DNA of 35,674 bases from Alphaproteobacteria bacterium (lineage in GTDB: Bacteria; Pseudomonadota; Alphaproteobacteria; Micavibrionales; UBA1664): assembly GCA_018969935.1 (NCBI GenBank), contig JAGWXJ010000003.1, forward strand, positions 1-35,674, in the 5' to 3' direction. This document shows, piece after piece, positions 9,065 to 18,822 of the stretch (position 1 is its first letter; every line of letters begins with the position of its first letter). The position numbers and the translations under genes were made by a program. The notes beneath the pieces are model-generated. The model did not search any database, was not told where the DNA came from, and worked only from the letters and a program-made list of their open reading frames with translations.

Positions 9065-9120
9065 GTGCTGGCCGGATAACGGGTAGTCTAGGCGCCGAAC
9101 TATTCGGGAGAACCCAGATA

Positions 9121-9672
9121 ATGAAAACCTTGCTAACCCTTGCACTCGGAGCCCTGCTCATGACCACCGCTTCTGCCTCAGCTCAGGAAAAAGCCAACCT
9201 CGTATACATGGACGTACCCGCCGGCCGCGTCGTAATCGAACTGAAACCCGATCTCGCCCCCAAACACGTGGAACGCATCAAGACGCTTACACAAAAAGGC
9301 TTCTACAACGGCATTATTTTCCACCGCGTGATTGAAGGCTTCATGGCCCAGACAGGCGATCCGACGGGCACAGGCATGGGCGGCTCCGACCTCCCCGACC
9401 TTCCTGCAGAATTCAGCAACGCCAACTTCGGCCGCGGCACCGTTGGCGCAGCCCGCAGCGCAAGCCCTAACTCGGCCAACTCGCAGTTCTTCATCTGCTT
9501 CGATGATTGCAGCTTCCTCAACGGCCAATACACCATCTGGGGTCAGGTCATTGACGGCATGCAATACGTTGACAAAATCGCCCGCGGTGAGCCGCCAGCA
9601 AACCCCGATAAAATCGTGAAAATGCAAATGGCCGTGGATGCGGAATCCGCAGCCCCTGCCGCTGCACAGTAA
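9121..9672 (+). CDS. Periplasmic cyclophilin-type peptidyl-prolyl isomerase
   Basis: Signal peptide; FYNGIIFHRVIEGFMAQTGDP, SANSQFFI, LNGQYTIWGQVIDGM; GGGAG RBS. Confidence 0.96.
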   Translation: MKTLLTLALGALLMTTASASAQEKANLVYMDVPAGRVVIELKPDLAPKHVERIKTLTQKGFYNGIIFHRVIEGFMAQTGDPTGTGMGGSDLPDLPAEFSNANFGRGTVGAARSASPNSANSQFFICFDDCSFLNGQYTIWGQVIDGMQYVDKIARGEPPANPDKIVKMQMAVDAESAAPAAAQ

Positions 9673-9681
9673 TTATATCCT

Positions 9682-11346
9682 ATGGATACAACGGCGCCCC
9701 GAAACCCCGCACAGTGGTGGAAGGGCGCCGTTATTTATCAGGTCTATCCGCGCTCCTATCAGGATAGCAACGGCGACGGCATAGGCGATTTGGCAGGGCT
9801 TACGGCCCGCCTGCCCTACATAGCATCCCTTGGCGTTGATGCCCTCTGGATCTGCCCTTTCTTTAAATCCCCCCAGCGCGACTTCGGATACGATGTATCG
9901 GATTACCGCGACATCGACCCGCTATTCGGCTCCATGGATGATTGCGACAGGCTGATTGCCGAGGCGCACAAACTGGGCCTCAAAATCATCTTCGATCTCG
10001 TTTTCTCGCACACATCGGAAACACACCCGTGGTTTGCGCAATCCCGCCGCAAACAAAACGGCATGGATGACTGGTACGTATGGGCCGACCCTAAACCCGA
10101 CGGCAGCCCGCCCAACAACTGGGTTTCCCTTTTTGGCGGCCCGGCCTGGACCTTCGACCCCATGCGCGGCCAGTATTACCTTCATAACTTCCTGAAGGAA
10201 CAGCCCGACCTGAACTTCCACAACCCGTCCGTACAGGATGCGATACTGGAAATTGTGCGTTTCTGGATGGACCGCGGCGTAGACGGCCTGCGCCTCGATG
10301 TCGTGAACTTCTACTTCCACAACCGCAATCTGGCCGACAACCCTCCACGCCCAAAGGAATTAAGCGCAGCAACCCAGTACGACAAGCCCGACCCGTACAA
10401 CATGCAGCGCCACATCCACGACAAATCCCAACCTGAAAACCTGACCTTCATCGAGCGCATGCGCGCCCTGACAGACACCTACGAAGCCCGCTTCCTGATG
10501 GGCGAGATTGGTGATGATTATCAGGTCAAACGCTCCGCCGAATACACACAAGGCCACAAGCGCCTGCACAGCGCATACTGCTTTGCCATGCTCATCGGCC
10601 TCGACATCAACCTGACAGCCGACTACATCAAATCCGCCATATTGGAGGAGCTGGAGGCATCGGGCAGCCAAAGCTGGCCCACATGGGCCTTCGGCAACCA
10701 CGATATGCCCCGCGCGGTCACGCGCATGGGCAGCCGCAATGTTGCCAACCCGGATTGGCCAAAAATGCTGATGGCCCTGCTGCTAACCCTGCGCGGCACC
10801 ATTTGCATGTATCAGGGCGAAGAACTGGGCCTGACGGAAGCTGTTCTGTCCTTTGACCAGTTGCAGGACCCATGGGGCAAACACCTCTGGCCGGTATGGC
10901 AGGGCCGTGATGGCTGCCGCACACCCTTCCCGTGGGATGACGGCATCAACGCAGGTTTCTCGCCTGCCAAACCCTGGCTCCCCATCGCACCGGACCACAC
11001 AACAAAAAACCAGAAAACGCAGCAAACAGATGCAACATCGATGCTGCATTTCACGATGGGTATGGCCACTTTGCGCAAAAACAATGCTGCGCTTAAAACG
11101 GGTGATATTGCATTCCTCGATGCACCGCAAAACTTGCTGGCATATACCCGCAAGGAAGGCAAAAACGCCTTTTTGTGCGTTTTCAACCTTCAGGATACCA
11201 CAGCCACGTTAAAACATGATCTGGATGTAAAAGCAGGCGGGCTGGCTAATCAGGCTGTTATTTCGGGCGGTACCGTAACGCTCGAAGCATTCGGATTTGC
11301 CGTTGTACCCGTTGCGTCGGAATCCATTTCCCGCGCAACAGCATAA
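9682..11346 (+). CDS. GH13 alpha-glucosidase
   Basis: YQVYPRSYQDSNGDGIGDL, DFGYDVSDY, QPDLN, GLRLDVV (nucleophile Asp), GEI, NHD, YQGEELG, RDGCRTP. Confidence 0.95.
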   Translation: MDTTAPRNPAQWWKGAVIYQVYPRSYQDSNGDGIGDLAGLTARLPYIASLGVDALWICPFFKSPQRDFGYDVSDYRDIDPLFGSMDDCDRLIAEAHKLGLKIIFDLVFSHTSETHPWFAQSRRKQNGMDDWYVWADPKPDGSPPNNWVSLFGGPAWTFDPMRGQYYLHNFLKEQPDLNFHNPSVQDAILEIVRFWMDRGVDGLRLDVVNFYFHNRNLADNPPRPKELSAATQYDKPDPYNMQRHIHDKSQPENLTFIERMRALTDTYEARFLMGEIGDDYQVKRSAEYTQGHKRLHSAYCFAMLIGLDINLTADYIKSAILEELEASGSQSWPTWAFGNHDMPRAVTRMGSRNVANPDWPKMLMALLLTLRGTICMYQGEELGLTEAVLSFDQLQDPWGKHLWPVWQGRDGCRTPFPWDDGINAGFSPAKPWLPIAPDHTTKNQKTQQTDATSMLHFTMGMATLRKNNAALKTGDIAFLDAPQNLLAYTRKEGKNAFLCVFNLQDTTATLKHDLDVKAGGLANQAVISGGTVTLEAFGFAVVPVASESISRATA

Positions 11347-11942
11347 ATCTTTTGCACAAGCGCATTCAGTTCGCGGGCGTCAGGCAACGCGTTCTCCGAC
11401 CGCCATAGCAGGAAGCATATCTCGCCATCCCCCATGAACATGACTTCGTCATGCGGACCTGCAATATCCATGAAAGACTTGAGCGCCTTGATGCGCTGGG
11501 GCGTCATCCAGGATTCCATGGCCGCACGGTTTTCCGTGGAAGACACGGCAACCTGCGGCCAATTTGCCGTGGTGGATGTATAAACCTCCGGCATCTCCAT
11601 ATCCGCAGCCATATCGGGGTGAAGATGCTTCTTGGAGATAATGAACCGTGTAGCCGGAAAACGGTTCAGATACACCTCGATATGCGAGTAAAGGCGGACG
11701 GTGCGCTCGTCCTCCGTCTGTTCAGGCTGGGTATAAATGACAATACGGCGGTTATTGAGTAGCCCGCTCACAGTAATAGGGTCGGCACTGGACCTGCCGC
11801 GCTCGAATTCCAGCTTGTAGCGGGAGGCAAATGTTTCCCACGCCTTCAGGCGCGCCATGTCGATCCCTGTCGTCATGAACATGTACGACAGCACGACAAT
11901 CGCAACCAGAACCCAGAATATGAGGCCCGCAATCGATACCAT
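11250..11942 (-). CDS. Hypothetical protein with N-terminal transmembrane anchor
   Basis: Hydrophobic N-terminus IAGLIFWVLVAIVVLSYMF followed by a soluble domain; fills the gap between GH13 and M16. Confidence 0.75.
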   Translation of the reverse strand: MVSIAGLIFWVLVAIVVLSYMFMTTGIDMARLKAWETFASRYKLEFERGRSSADPITVSGLLNNRRIVIYTQPEQTEDERTVRLYSHIEVYLNRFPATRFIISKKHLHPDMAADMEMPEVYTSTTANWPQVAVSSTENRAAMESWMTPQRIKALKSFMDIAGPHDEVMFMGDGEICFLLWRSENALPDARELNALVQKIYAVAREMDSDATGTTANPNASSVTVPPEITA

Positions 11943-11969
11943 GCGCTGATTCTGCCTGATTTGCAGGGC

Positions 11970-13328
11970 TTAGGCTACAGCCACCCTCGGGGCGCTGCCC
12001 GCCGGTATAAGCGCCCTGCCCTTGAGGCCCAGAAACTTGCCCATCTGCGCGCCCGTAAGCTGCTGGTCGTCAATATGCCCGCGGTGGTCCACAACAGGAA
12101 CGCAAGCATGGATAATATCCCTGATAACCGCCGTAGCCTCCTCGAAGGTCGTGGCCATCAGGTTTGCCTGCTCGGCCTTCACATCAGGCAGCTTACCCAC
12201 CTTTAACAGGCTGTCGATTATTCGTTGGCGGCGCATAGACATGCTTTCGGCCAGATCCGCCGCATGCTCGGCCACGATGTTGCCAATAGATTCACGGCTC
12301 AGTTCGAAGGCCTCTCGGTGGCGCTGGTCCCCGCCCATGATGTCGTGCAGTGATGACCTGATGGCCACAAGCTGCTTGCCGTAATTGTCAGGATGGCAGT
12401 TGGCCGCAATCGCCAGCACACCCTGCGTACTATTGTTAAACGGCACGATTTGCGCACCGATATCGTAAAGCTGCCCGCCCCTGAAGCGGATATCCTCGCT
12501 CAGGGCAGTCTGGAAGTACGATTCAACAAGCTCTAGCTTCGGCTTGACCATGGGATTGGCAAAAGCCTGCGAGGCATCGAACATGATGTTCATGTAAACG
12601 CGGTCGTCCTGCCTCTCAGGCATGGGGAATTTGAAATCCCGCATCATCAACTTGCCGCCAAAGCGCGGGCGGCGGTAACCGGGTTTAAGATGGCCGAAAT
12701 GTTGGGCGCAAAAAACGACATTGTCCTCGTGCGATATACCACCCGCGCTGACATACATCATGTTTTTGCCGACAACGTTATCATGCCAGAAATGCTGAAG
12801 TTGCTCGTAAGTAATGCGCTTCAGATGTTCGGGGTCACCGCCAACCGGCAACGTTGCACGGGCCGCATCCCCGTAAATGGCCTTAAGACGCGCACGCGTA
12901 GCAATCTGCTCGCGGCTGTTATGTTCTTCCTCCATCTCGTCCACGATGGGCTGGCGCTCGTGCTCGACTTGCGGTCTCGTAAACGAGCCTGATACGAACA
13001 TCCGCGCCACAACATCCATAAACTCCTGCACGCTGTCGCACCGCGCTTCGGCAAAGGCCTGTATATTATCCTTGCCTGTCGTCACGTTGCCACGAATGGC
13101 CTTGCGCTTGAGCATACGGTTGAAAGCAAGCTGGTTCATCTCGGGGTGCGCATGGGTCAGCATATGCTCCATGAAGTGGGCGCAACCTAGCTGGTCCAAC
13201 GGGTCATGGAAGCCGCCCGAAGCCAGCACAAGCGAGGCCGCAGCCTTGGGGTGCCCGGGGAAATAATCGGTAACAACGGTAAAACCATTGTCCAGAACCG
13301 TTATCTGGACCTGCTCGAAAAAGCGCAC
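11970..13328 (-). CDS. M16 family zinc peptidase (pitrilysin/processing peptidase-like)
   Basis: LDNGFTVV N-terminus, inverted zinc motif GCAHFMEHM, downstream ER..IVDEM; GTG start with AGGGA RBS. Confidence 0.9.
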   Translation of the reverse strand: MRFFEQVQITVLDNGFTVVTDYFPGHPKAAASLVLASGGFHDPLDQLGCAHFMEHMLTHAHPEMNQLAFNRMLKRKAIRGNVTTGKDNIQAFAEARCDSVQEFMDVVARMFVSGSFTRPQVEHERQPIVDEMEEEHNSREQIATRARLKAIYGDAARATLPVGGDPEHLKRITYEQLQHFWHDNVVGKNMMYVSAGGISHEDNVVFCAQHFGHLKPGYRRPRFGGKLMMRDFKFPMPERQDDRVYMNIMFDASQAFANPMVKPKLELVESYFQTALSEDIRFRGGQLYDIGAQIVPFNNSTQGVLAIAANCHPDNYGKQLVAIRSSLHDIMGGDQRHREAFELSRESIGNIVAEHAADLAESMSMRRQRIIDSLLKVGKLPDVKAEQANLMATTFEEATAVIRDIIHACVPVVDHRGHIDDQQLTGAQMGKFLGLKGRALIPAGSAPRVAVA

Positions 13329-13418
13329 GTTCCCTACCCTGTCAGATTTTTCTTATTTCAGAAAATCCTGATACGGAAACATACGAATTGCAAGTGATTT
13401 GCAGTTAATATTACGCCG

Positions 13419-13871
13419 CTATTGCAGGACAGTTGGGCTTCTGGGCGCAGGCGTTTTGACAATCGCGACTTGCTTGCCTGCATAACCTTTACTCAAACCT
13501 GCCTCTTCCATGGCTTTCTTAACGGCAGCATCGGCAAGGGCACGCATTTTTGCATCTTGCACGCTGGTATCCGTAGGCTGCCCCGCATCACCCACATCCT
13601 GCATGGCCACATCAGGTTTCAAAGGCGGCATTTTTGCGGGCTCCATGGCCGTCGGCGTGTGTGAAGCCACACTAACCACCGCCGCAATACCGGCAGCAGT
13701 CGCCGCATTCACGGCTTTATCAACCAACGAGTCAAAACCGCGCTTTGCAAGGTATTTGAACGCAACACGAATGCGTTTGCGCGCTGTTAGGTGCTTGAAC
13801 ACTTTTTTGATGCTCATGCCCGATTTAAGCGTCTTCTTTTTTCTTTTAAATCTCGTTGCACTCTTAGCCAT
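13419..13871 (-). CDS. Hypothetical protein: basic N-terminus, central hydrophobic helix, low-complexity tail
   Basis: AGGGA RBS and upstream CtrA box; MAKSATRFKRKKK...AATAAGIAAVVSVA. An alternative start at 13880 is possible. Confidence 0.65.
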   Translation of the reverse strand: MAKSATRFKRKKKTLKSGMSIKKVFKHLTARKRIRVAFKYLAKRGFDSLVDKAVNAATAAGIAAVVSVASHTPTAMEPAKMPPLKPDVAMQDVGDAGQPTDTSVQDAKMRALADAAVKKAMEEAGLSKGYAGKQVAIVKTPAPRSPTVLQ

Positions 13872-13917
13872 GATAACCATTCCCTGTATTTACATTTATG
13901 TAAATTATCAGCGGGTG

Positions 13918-13933
13918 GTTAACGGTTGGTTAA
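13918..13933 (-). promoter_or_regulatory. Full CtrA-binding box
   Basis: Minus strand reads TTAA-CCAACCG-TTAAC (TTAA-N7-TTAAC), followed by a GATAAT -10-like hexamer at 13909-13904. Confidence 0.75.
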
Positions 13934-14077
13934 TCTTCATGCCCTACATGGCGGATTCCCTAAGCCCTACCCGCACTCAGGATATCCGAGGAGTCCAAAA
14001 GTGGCAGAAACCATGGGTTTCCATAAAATTATACAATTGAATGAAACTGCTGATTTTATTTGAACTTTTTTGCGTCC

Positions 14078-16144
14078 TCAGCGCGATTTGCGCTTCTGAG
14101 GCCTCTTGGCACCCTTCTGTAACGGCCCTGCAACCGTACCCGTGAGCCCAAGATCAACGGCCTCCAGCTGGCGGATTTCATCCCTGATGCGCGCGGCCTC
14201 TTCAAACTCGAGGTCGCTGGCCGCCTTGCGCATCTGGTCTTCAAGCTTCTTGATGTGCTTTTGCAACTCGGCGGGCGACATGCCCAACGCCTCCTGCCCC
14301 GCACTGGCAACCACCACGCGGTCACCGCGCTCGTACACGCTATCCATCACGCTCGTGATGTTCTTCTTCACGCTTTCAGGCGTAATGCCGTTAGCCGTGT
14401 TCCAAGCAATCTGCTTTTCACGGCGACGCGCCGTTTCTTCCATCGCACCCTGCATGCTCTTGGTAATGGTATCGGCATACAGCACGGCCTTACCTTCAAC
14501 GTTACGCGCAGCCCTACCGATTGTCTGTATAAGCGACGTCTTGGAACGCAAATACCCTTCCTTGTCCGCATCCAGTATCGCCACAAGCCCGCACTCGGGT
14601 ATATCAAGCCCCTCGCGCAGAAGGTTGATGCCCACCAGTATGTCGTAAGCGCCCAAACGCAAATCGCGGATAATCTCGATCCGCTCCAGCGTATCCACAT
14701 CCGAATGCACGTAACGGACCTTCATCCCGTTTTCGGTCAGATATTCGGTCAAATCCTCGGCCATGCGCTTGGTAAGGGTGGTTACCAGCACACGCATACC
14801 CTTGCCTACAACACGGCGGCATTCCTCCATCAGGTCATCCACTTGGTGCTTCGTCGGGCGCACCTCGACAGGCGGGTCAATAAGCCCCGTGGGCCTGACC
14901 ACCTGCTCGGTGAACACGCCTTTGGTCTGCTCCATCTCCCAAGGGCCCGGCGTTGCCGATACAAACACCGTCTGCGGGCGCAGGGCATTCCATTCCTCGA
15001 ACTTCAGGGGGCGGTTGTCCACACACGAAGGCAACCTGAAACCATACTCGGCAAGCGTGCTTTTGCGGCTGCGGTCACCACCGTACATGCCCGTCAGCTG
15101 CGGGATCATGACGTGGCTTTCATCCAGTATCATGATGGCGTTCTTGGGCAGATACTCGATGAGCGTAGGCGGCGGCTCGCCCGATGCACGCCCCGTCAGA
15201 TACCGTGAATAGTTTTCGATACCCTGACACATGCCCGTGGCCGCCAGCATCTCCAGATCGTACGTGGTACGCTGCTCAAGGCGCTGCGCTTCCAGAAGCT
15301 TGCCTTGCGCACGCAAATCCTCAAGACGTGTTTTCAACTCCGCCTTGATACCCTTGATGGCCTGCTGCATCGTAGGCCCCGGGGTTACATAGTGGGAGTT
15401 GGCGTAAATCCGTACCGCATCCATCTTGACCGCAACATCTCCCGTCAACGGGTCGAATTCTGCAATCTCCTCCACCTCGTCCCCGAAGAAGGAAAAACGC
15501 CAAGCGCGGTCCTCGAAGTGCGGCGGCAAAAGCTCTACGGTATCCCCCCGCACCCTGAACGTTCCACGATGGAAATCGATATCGTTTCGCGCATATTGCA
15601 ACTTGATGAACTCGCGGATCATGTCCTCGCGGCCAACCATGTCGCCGCGCCGTACATCAAGCACCATGCCCTGATAATCTTCCTTGGAACCAATACCGTA
15701 AATGCAGGAAACGGACGCAACGATAATAACGTCCGGTCGCTCGAACAGCGCGCGCGTGGCCGAGTGGCGCATACGGTCTATCTGCTCGTTGATGGTGGAT
15801 TCTTTTTCAATATACGTATCGGTGCGCGGAACATACGCCTCCGGCTGGTAGTAATCGTAATAGGAAACGAAATACTCGACCGCGTTTTCAGGAAAGAAAC
15901 TTTTCATCTCCCCGTACAACTGCGCTGCCAGCGTCTTGTTCGGCGCCATGATAAGGGTCGGCCTGCGCGTCTGCGCAATCACATGCGCCATGGTGAATGT
16001 TTTGCCCGAGCCTGTAACGCCTAACAAAACCTGATCCTTCTCGCCCGCCGCAAGCCCCTTCAACAGCTCCGCAATTGCCTGCGGCTGGTCACCCGATGGC
16101 TTGAAGTCGGATACAAGTTTGAACGGCTGGTCAGCATTCGTCAT
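14078..16144 (-). CDS. uvrB: Excinuclease ABC subunit B
   Basis: [21 protein letters not shown] beta-hairpin, [24 protein letters not shown]-terminal UVR domain. Confidence 0.99.
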   Translation of the reverse strand: MTNADQPFKLVSDFKPSGDQPQAIAELLKGLAAGEKDQVLLGVTGSGKTFTMAHVIAQTRRPTLIMAPNKTLAAQLYGEMKSFFPENAVEYFVSYYDYYQPEAYVPRTDTYIEKESTINEQIDRMRHSATRALFERPDVIIVASVSCIYGIGSKEDYQGMVLDVRRGDMVGREDMIREFIKLQYARNDIDFHRGTFRVRGDTVELLPPHFEDRAWRFSFFGDEVEEIAEFDPLTGDVAVKMDAVRIYANSHYVTPGPTMQQAIKGIKAELKTRLEDLRAQGKLLEAQRLEQRTTYDLEMLAATGMCQGIENYSRYLTGRASGEPPPTLIEYLPKNAIMILDESHVMIPQLTGMYGGDRSRKSTLAEYGFRLPSCVDNRPLKFEEWNALRPQTVFVSATPGPWEMEQTKGVFTEQVVRPTGLIDPPVEVRPTKHQVDDLMEECRRVVGKGMRVLVTTLTKRMAEDLTEYLTENGMKVRYVHSDVDTLERIEIIRDLRLGAYDILVGINLLREGLDIPECGLVAILDADKEGYLRSKTSLIQTIGRAARNVEGKAVLYADTITKSMQGAMEETARRREKQIAWNTANGITPESVKKNITSVMDSVYERGDRVVVASAGQEALGMSPAELQKHIKKLEDQMRKAASDLEFEEAARIRDEIRQLEAVDLGLTGTVAGPLQKGAKRPQKRKSR

Positions 16145-16162
16145 AACAGCTATATAGCCTTT
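16145..16162. promoter_or_regulatory. Putative bidirectional promoter shared by uvrB and the nitroreductase gene
   Basis: 18-nt gap AACAGC-TATATA-GCCTTT; the palindromic TATATA is 6 nt from each start codon. Confidence 0.65.
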
Positions 16163-16843
16163 ATGACCGAACTTATCTACGCCCGCAAAAACCCCGCCGT
16201 CATCGAAACGCTCTTAAAGCGCAGATCCGCCTCCGCCAAGGCCATGGGCGGCGATTGCCCCCCTGAAACCGACATCAAAACCATGCTGGAGGCCGCCATG
16301 CGCGTCCCCGACCACGGCAAACTGAACCCGTGGTGGTTTATCGTTTTCAAAGGGGATGACCGCGCCGCCTTTGGCGAAATCATAAAAACCGCATGGGCTG
16401 CGCGCGAACCGCAATCAACACCCGAAAAACTGGCCGATGAGGCAAAACGCCTGATGCGGGCCCCGCTGGTTATCGCCGTTATCTCCGCCCCCCGTGAAAG
16501 CACGGTACCTGTATGGGAACAGCAATTATCGGCAGGCGCCGCGTGCTACAACCTCTGCCTCGCCGCAAACGCCCTTGGCTACGGCGCCAACTGGCTGACG
16601 GAATGGTATGCTTTTGACCCCGCCATACGCGCGAGCCTCAAATTGCAATCAACCGAAAGCGTGGCAGGTTTTATTTATATCGGCACACCCGAAAAAGCGC
16701 CGGAGGAACGCCCCCGCCCCGCCCCCGAAACGCTACGCAACGACGACTTCAGAAACGCAACAAACCGCGGTAACGAATACGCCAAACAGGGACTTGGCTA
16801 CGTAACCCACGGCCCTGACAACAGCGTTTACAAAAGCAAATGA
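16163..16843 (+). CDS. Nitroreductase (YdjA-like)
   Basis: [48 protein letters not shown]. Confidence 0.93.
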   Translation: MTELIYARKNPAVIETLLKRRSASAKAMGGDCPPETDIKTMLEAAMRVPDHGKLNPWWFIVFKGDDRAAFGEIIKTAWAAREPQSTPEKLADEAKRLMRAPLVIAVISAPRESTVPVWEQQLSAGAACYNLCLAANALGYGANWLTEWYAFDPAIRASLKLQSTESVAGFIYIGTPEKAPEERPRPAPETLRNDDFRNATNRGNEYAKQGLGYVTHGPDNSVYKSK

Positions 16844-17163
16844 AACCAAAAGAAACCTATCTCGTACTCGATACGACATTCACCGGCAAAGCCGTAGGTA
16901 CGGCATGCGTGGGCGCAGCCAGCGTATCCCTAGGTGGCCTGACCATGGAAGCAACACAGCTGGCCTGCACATTCTTCCGATTTGCCAATCCTGAATTGGT
17001 TGTATTCTCGGCCGGTATATTGGCAATGGGCTACGCCGCACACGAAACATCGGAAGGAATAGCCCCCATGCTTGGCAAACGCTTCGGCCTGCGTATCCGC
17101 GAGGTATGCGCCCCCCGCTGGGATATAACCGGCATTAACTTCAGCAAGTTCTTGCTAAAATAG
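16840..17163 (+). CDS. Small hypothetical membrane protein
   Basis: ATGA start/stop overlap with the nitroreductase gene; two hydrophobic stretches. Confidence 0.5.
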   Translation: MKPKETYLVLDTTFTGKAVGTACVGAASVSLGGLTMEATQLACTFFRFANPELVVFSAGILAMGYAAHETSEGIAPMLGKRFGLRIREVCAPRWDITGINFSKFLLK

Positions 17164-18813
17164 GCCTACGATATTGCCGTCCGCATCAAGCCCGATAGCC
17201 TCAGCTGCTGGTACGCGCGGCAGGCCCGGCATGGTGTTGATGGTACCGCATAACGCAACAATAAACCCCGCCCCAGCCGATAACCTTACATCGCGCACAT
17301 GCAGCGTATGGCCTTCGGGTGCCCCCAGTAATTTAGGGTCTGTAGCAAAACTTTCCTGCGTCTTGGCCATGCACACGGGCAAACGGCCATACCCTTCCTT
17401 GATATATTGGTCGAGCTTGGCGCGCACGCCATCCCCCAGCGTTACATCGGATGCGCCGTAAAGCTTGGTCGCCACAGCCGCGATTTTATCCGCAGGATGG
17501 TAATCATCGCCGTAAAGATATTTGGGTGCGCTAGTTGCACAAATTTTGGTAACAATCGTGGCCAGCTCCTCACAGCCCTTGCCGCCTTCCGCCCAGTGGC
17601 GGCAAAGCGCAACAGGCACGCCCTCGGCTTCCACCAGCGCCTTCAGCGTCTGCCACTCCACATCGGTATCGCTCACAAAGTGGTTGATGCCGACAACAAC
17701 AGGCAACCCGAATGACTTCATGTTGCGGATATGGCGTTGCAGGTTCGCAAAACCCTTTTTAAGCGCCTCTACGTTCTCGTGGCTCAAATCGGCTTTGGCC
17801 ATGCCGCCATGCATTTTAAGCGCGCGCACCGTTGCAACAATCACGGCGGCATCGGGCCACAGGCCCGTCTGGCGGCACTTAATATCCAGAAACTTCTCAG
17901 CGCCCAAATCGGCCCCGAAGCCCGCTTCGGTAACGGCATAATCCCCCAAGGCAAGTGCCGTACGCGTGGCTATCACGGTATTGCACCCGTGGGCGATATT
18001 GGCAAACGGCCCGCCATGGACAATGGCAGGCGTGCCTTCCAGAGATTGCACAAGGTTTGGCGCCAGCGCATCACGCAGCAAGGCAACCATGCTGCCCACG
18101 GCCTTGAGATCAACAGGCGTTACAGGTTTGCCCGAACGCGTGTACGCCACAACAATCCGGGAAAGACGCGCAGCCAGATCCTCAAGGCTTTCCGCAAGGC
18201 AGAATATCGCCATGATTTCGGATGCAACCGTAATATCGAAGCGCGAGGCATGGCGCGTTTCAGGTTTGGTACCAACCTCGATATTCCTGAGCGCGCGGTC
18301 ACACACATCAAGCACGCGGCCCCATGTGATGGTCGAGGGGTCGATATCAAGCGCATTGCCAAAATGCAGGTGGTTATCAAGCATCGCGGCCAGCAGGTTG
18401 TGTGCTGCCGTGATGGCATGGAAATCACCATTGAAATGGAGGTTGATATCCTCCATCGGAATGATCTGCGCCCGCCCGCCGCCCGTAGCGCCGCCCTTAC
18501 GGCCAAAGCACGGGCCCAGCGATGGCTCGCGCAAGGCAATCACGGTTTTATGGCCGCCCCTGTTCAGTGCATCGGCAAGGCCAATCGTCGTCGTGGTTTT
18601 ACCCTCGCCCGCAGGGGTCGGGTTTGTGGCCGTTACCAATATCAGCTTGCCGCGGGGGTTCGCCGCGATGCGGCTCTGGCACCACGCAAGGTCAATCTTT
18701 GCCTTGATGTGCCCGTAAGGAATAAGCGCATGATCTGCAATCGCAACCGCATGCGCCACCTCCGCTATCTTTTTAGGGGTAACGCTACGTGCAATCTCAA
18801 GGTCTGTCGGCAT
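17155..18813 (-). CDS. fhs: Formate--tetrahydrofolate ligase
   Basis: [65 protein letters not shown]. Confidence 0.98.
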   Translation of the reverse strand: MPTDLEIARSVTPKKIAEVAHAVAIADHALIPYGHIKAKIDLAWCQSRIAANPRGKLILVTATNPTPAGEGKTTTTIGLADALNRGGHKTVIALREPSLGPCFGRKGGATGGGRAQIIPMEDINLHFNGDFHAITAAHNLLAAMLDNHLHFGNALDIDPSTITWGRVLDVCDRALRNIEVGTKPETRHASRFDITVASEIMAIFCLAESLEDLAARLSRIVVAYTRSGKPVTPVDLKAVGSMVALLRDALAPNLVQSLEGTPAIVHGGPFANIAHGCNTVIATRTALALGDYAVTEAGFGADLGAEKFLDIKCRQTGLWPDAAVIVATVRALKMHGGMAKADLSHENVEALKKGFANLQRHIRNMKSFGLPVVVGINHFVSDTDVEWQTLKALVEAEGVPVALCRHWAEGGKGCEELATIVTKICATSAPKYLYGDDYHPADKIAAVATKLYGASDVTLGDGVRAKLDQYIKEGYGRLPVCMAKTQESFATDPKLLGAPEGHTLHVRDVRLSAGAGFIVALCGTINTMPGLPRVPAAEAIGLDADGNIVGLF

Positions 18814-18822
18814 GGCTAAGGT

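Noticed and set aside
13934-14077. Possible sRNA downstream of uvrB (GAAACC-ATG-GGTTTC hairpin near 14007-14021)
   Set aside because: A single short stem with no promoter/terminator pair; insufficient support.
16090-16220. LexA (GTTC-N7-GTTC) box at uvrB
   Set aside because: No such direct repeat found by eye around the start.
18814-18822. THF or ZTP riboswitch upstream of fhs
   Set aside because: Only 9 nt separate lysS and fhs.
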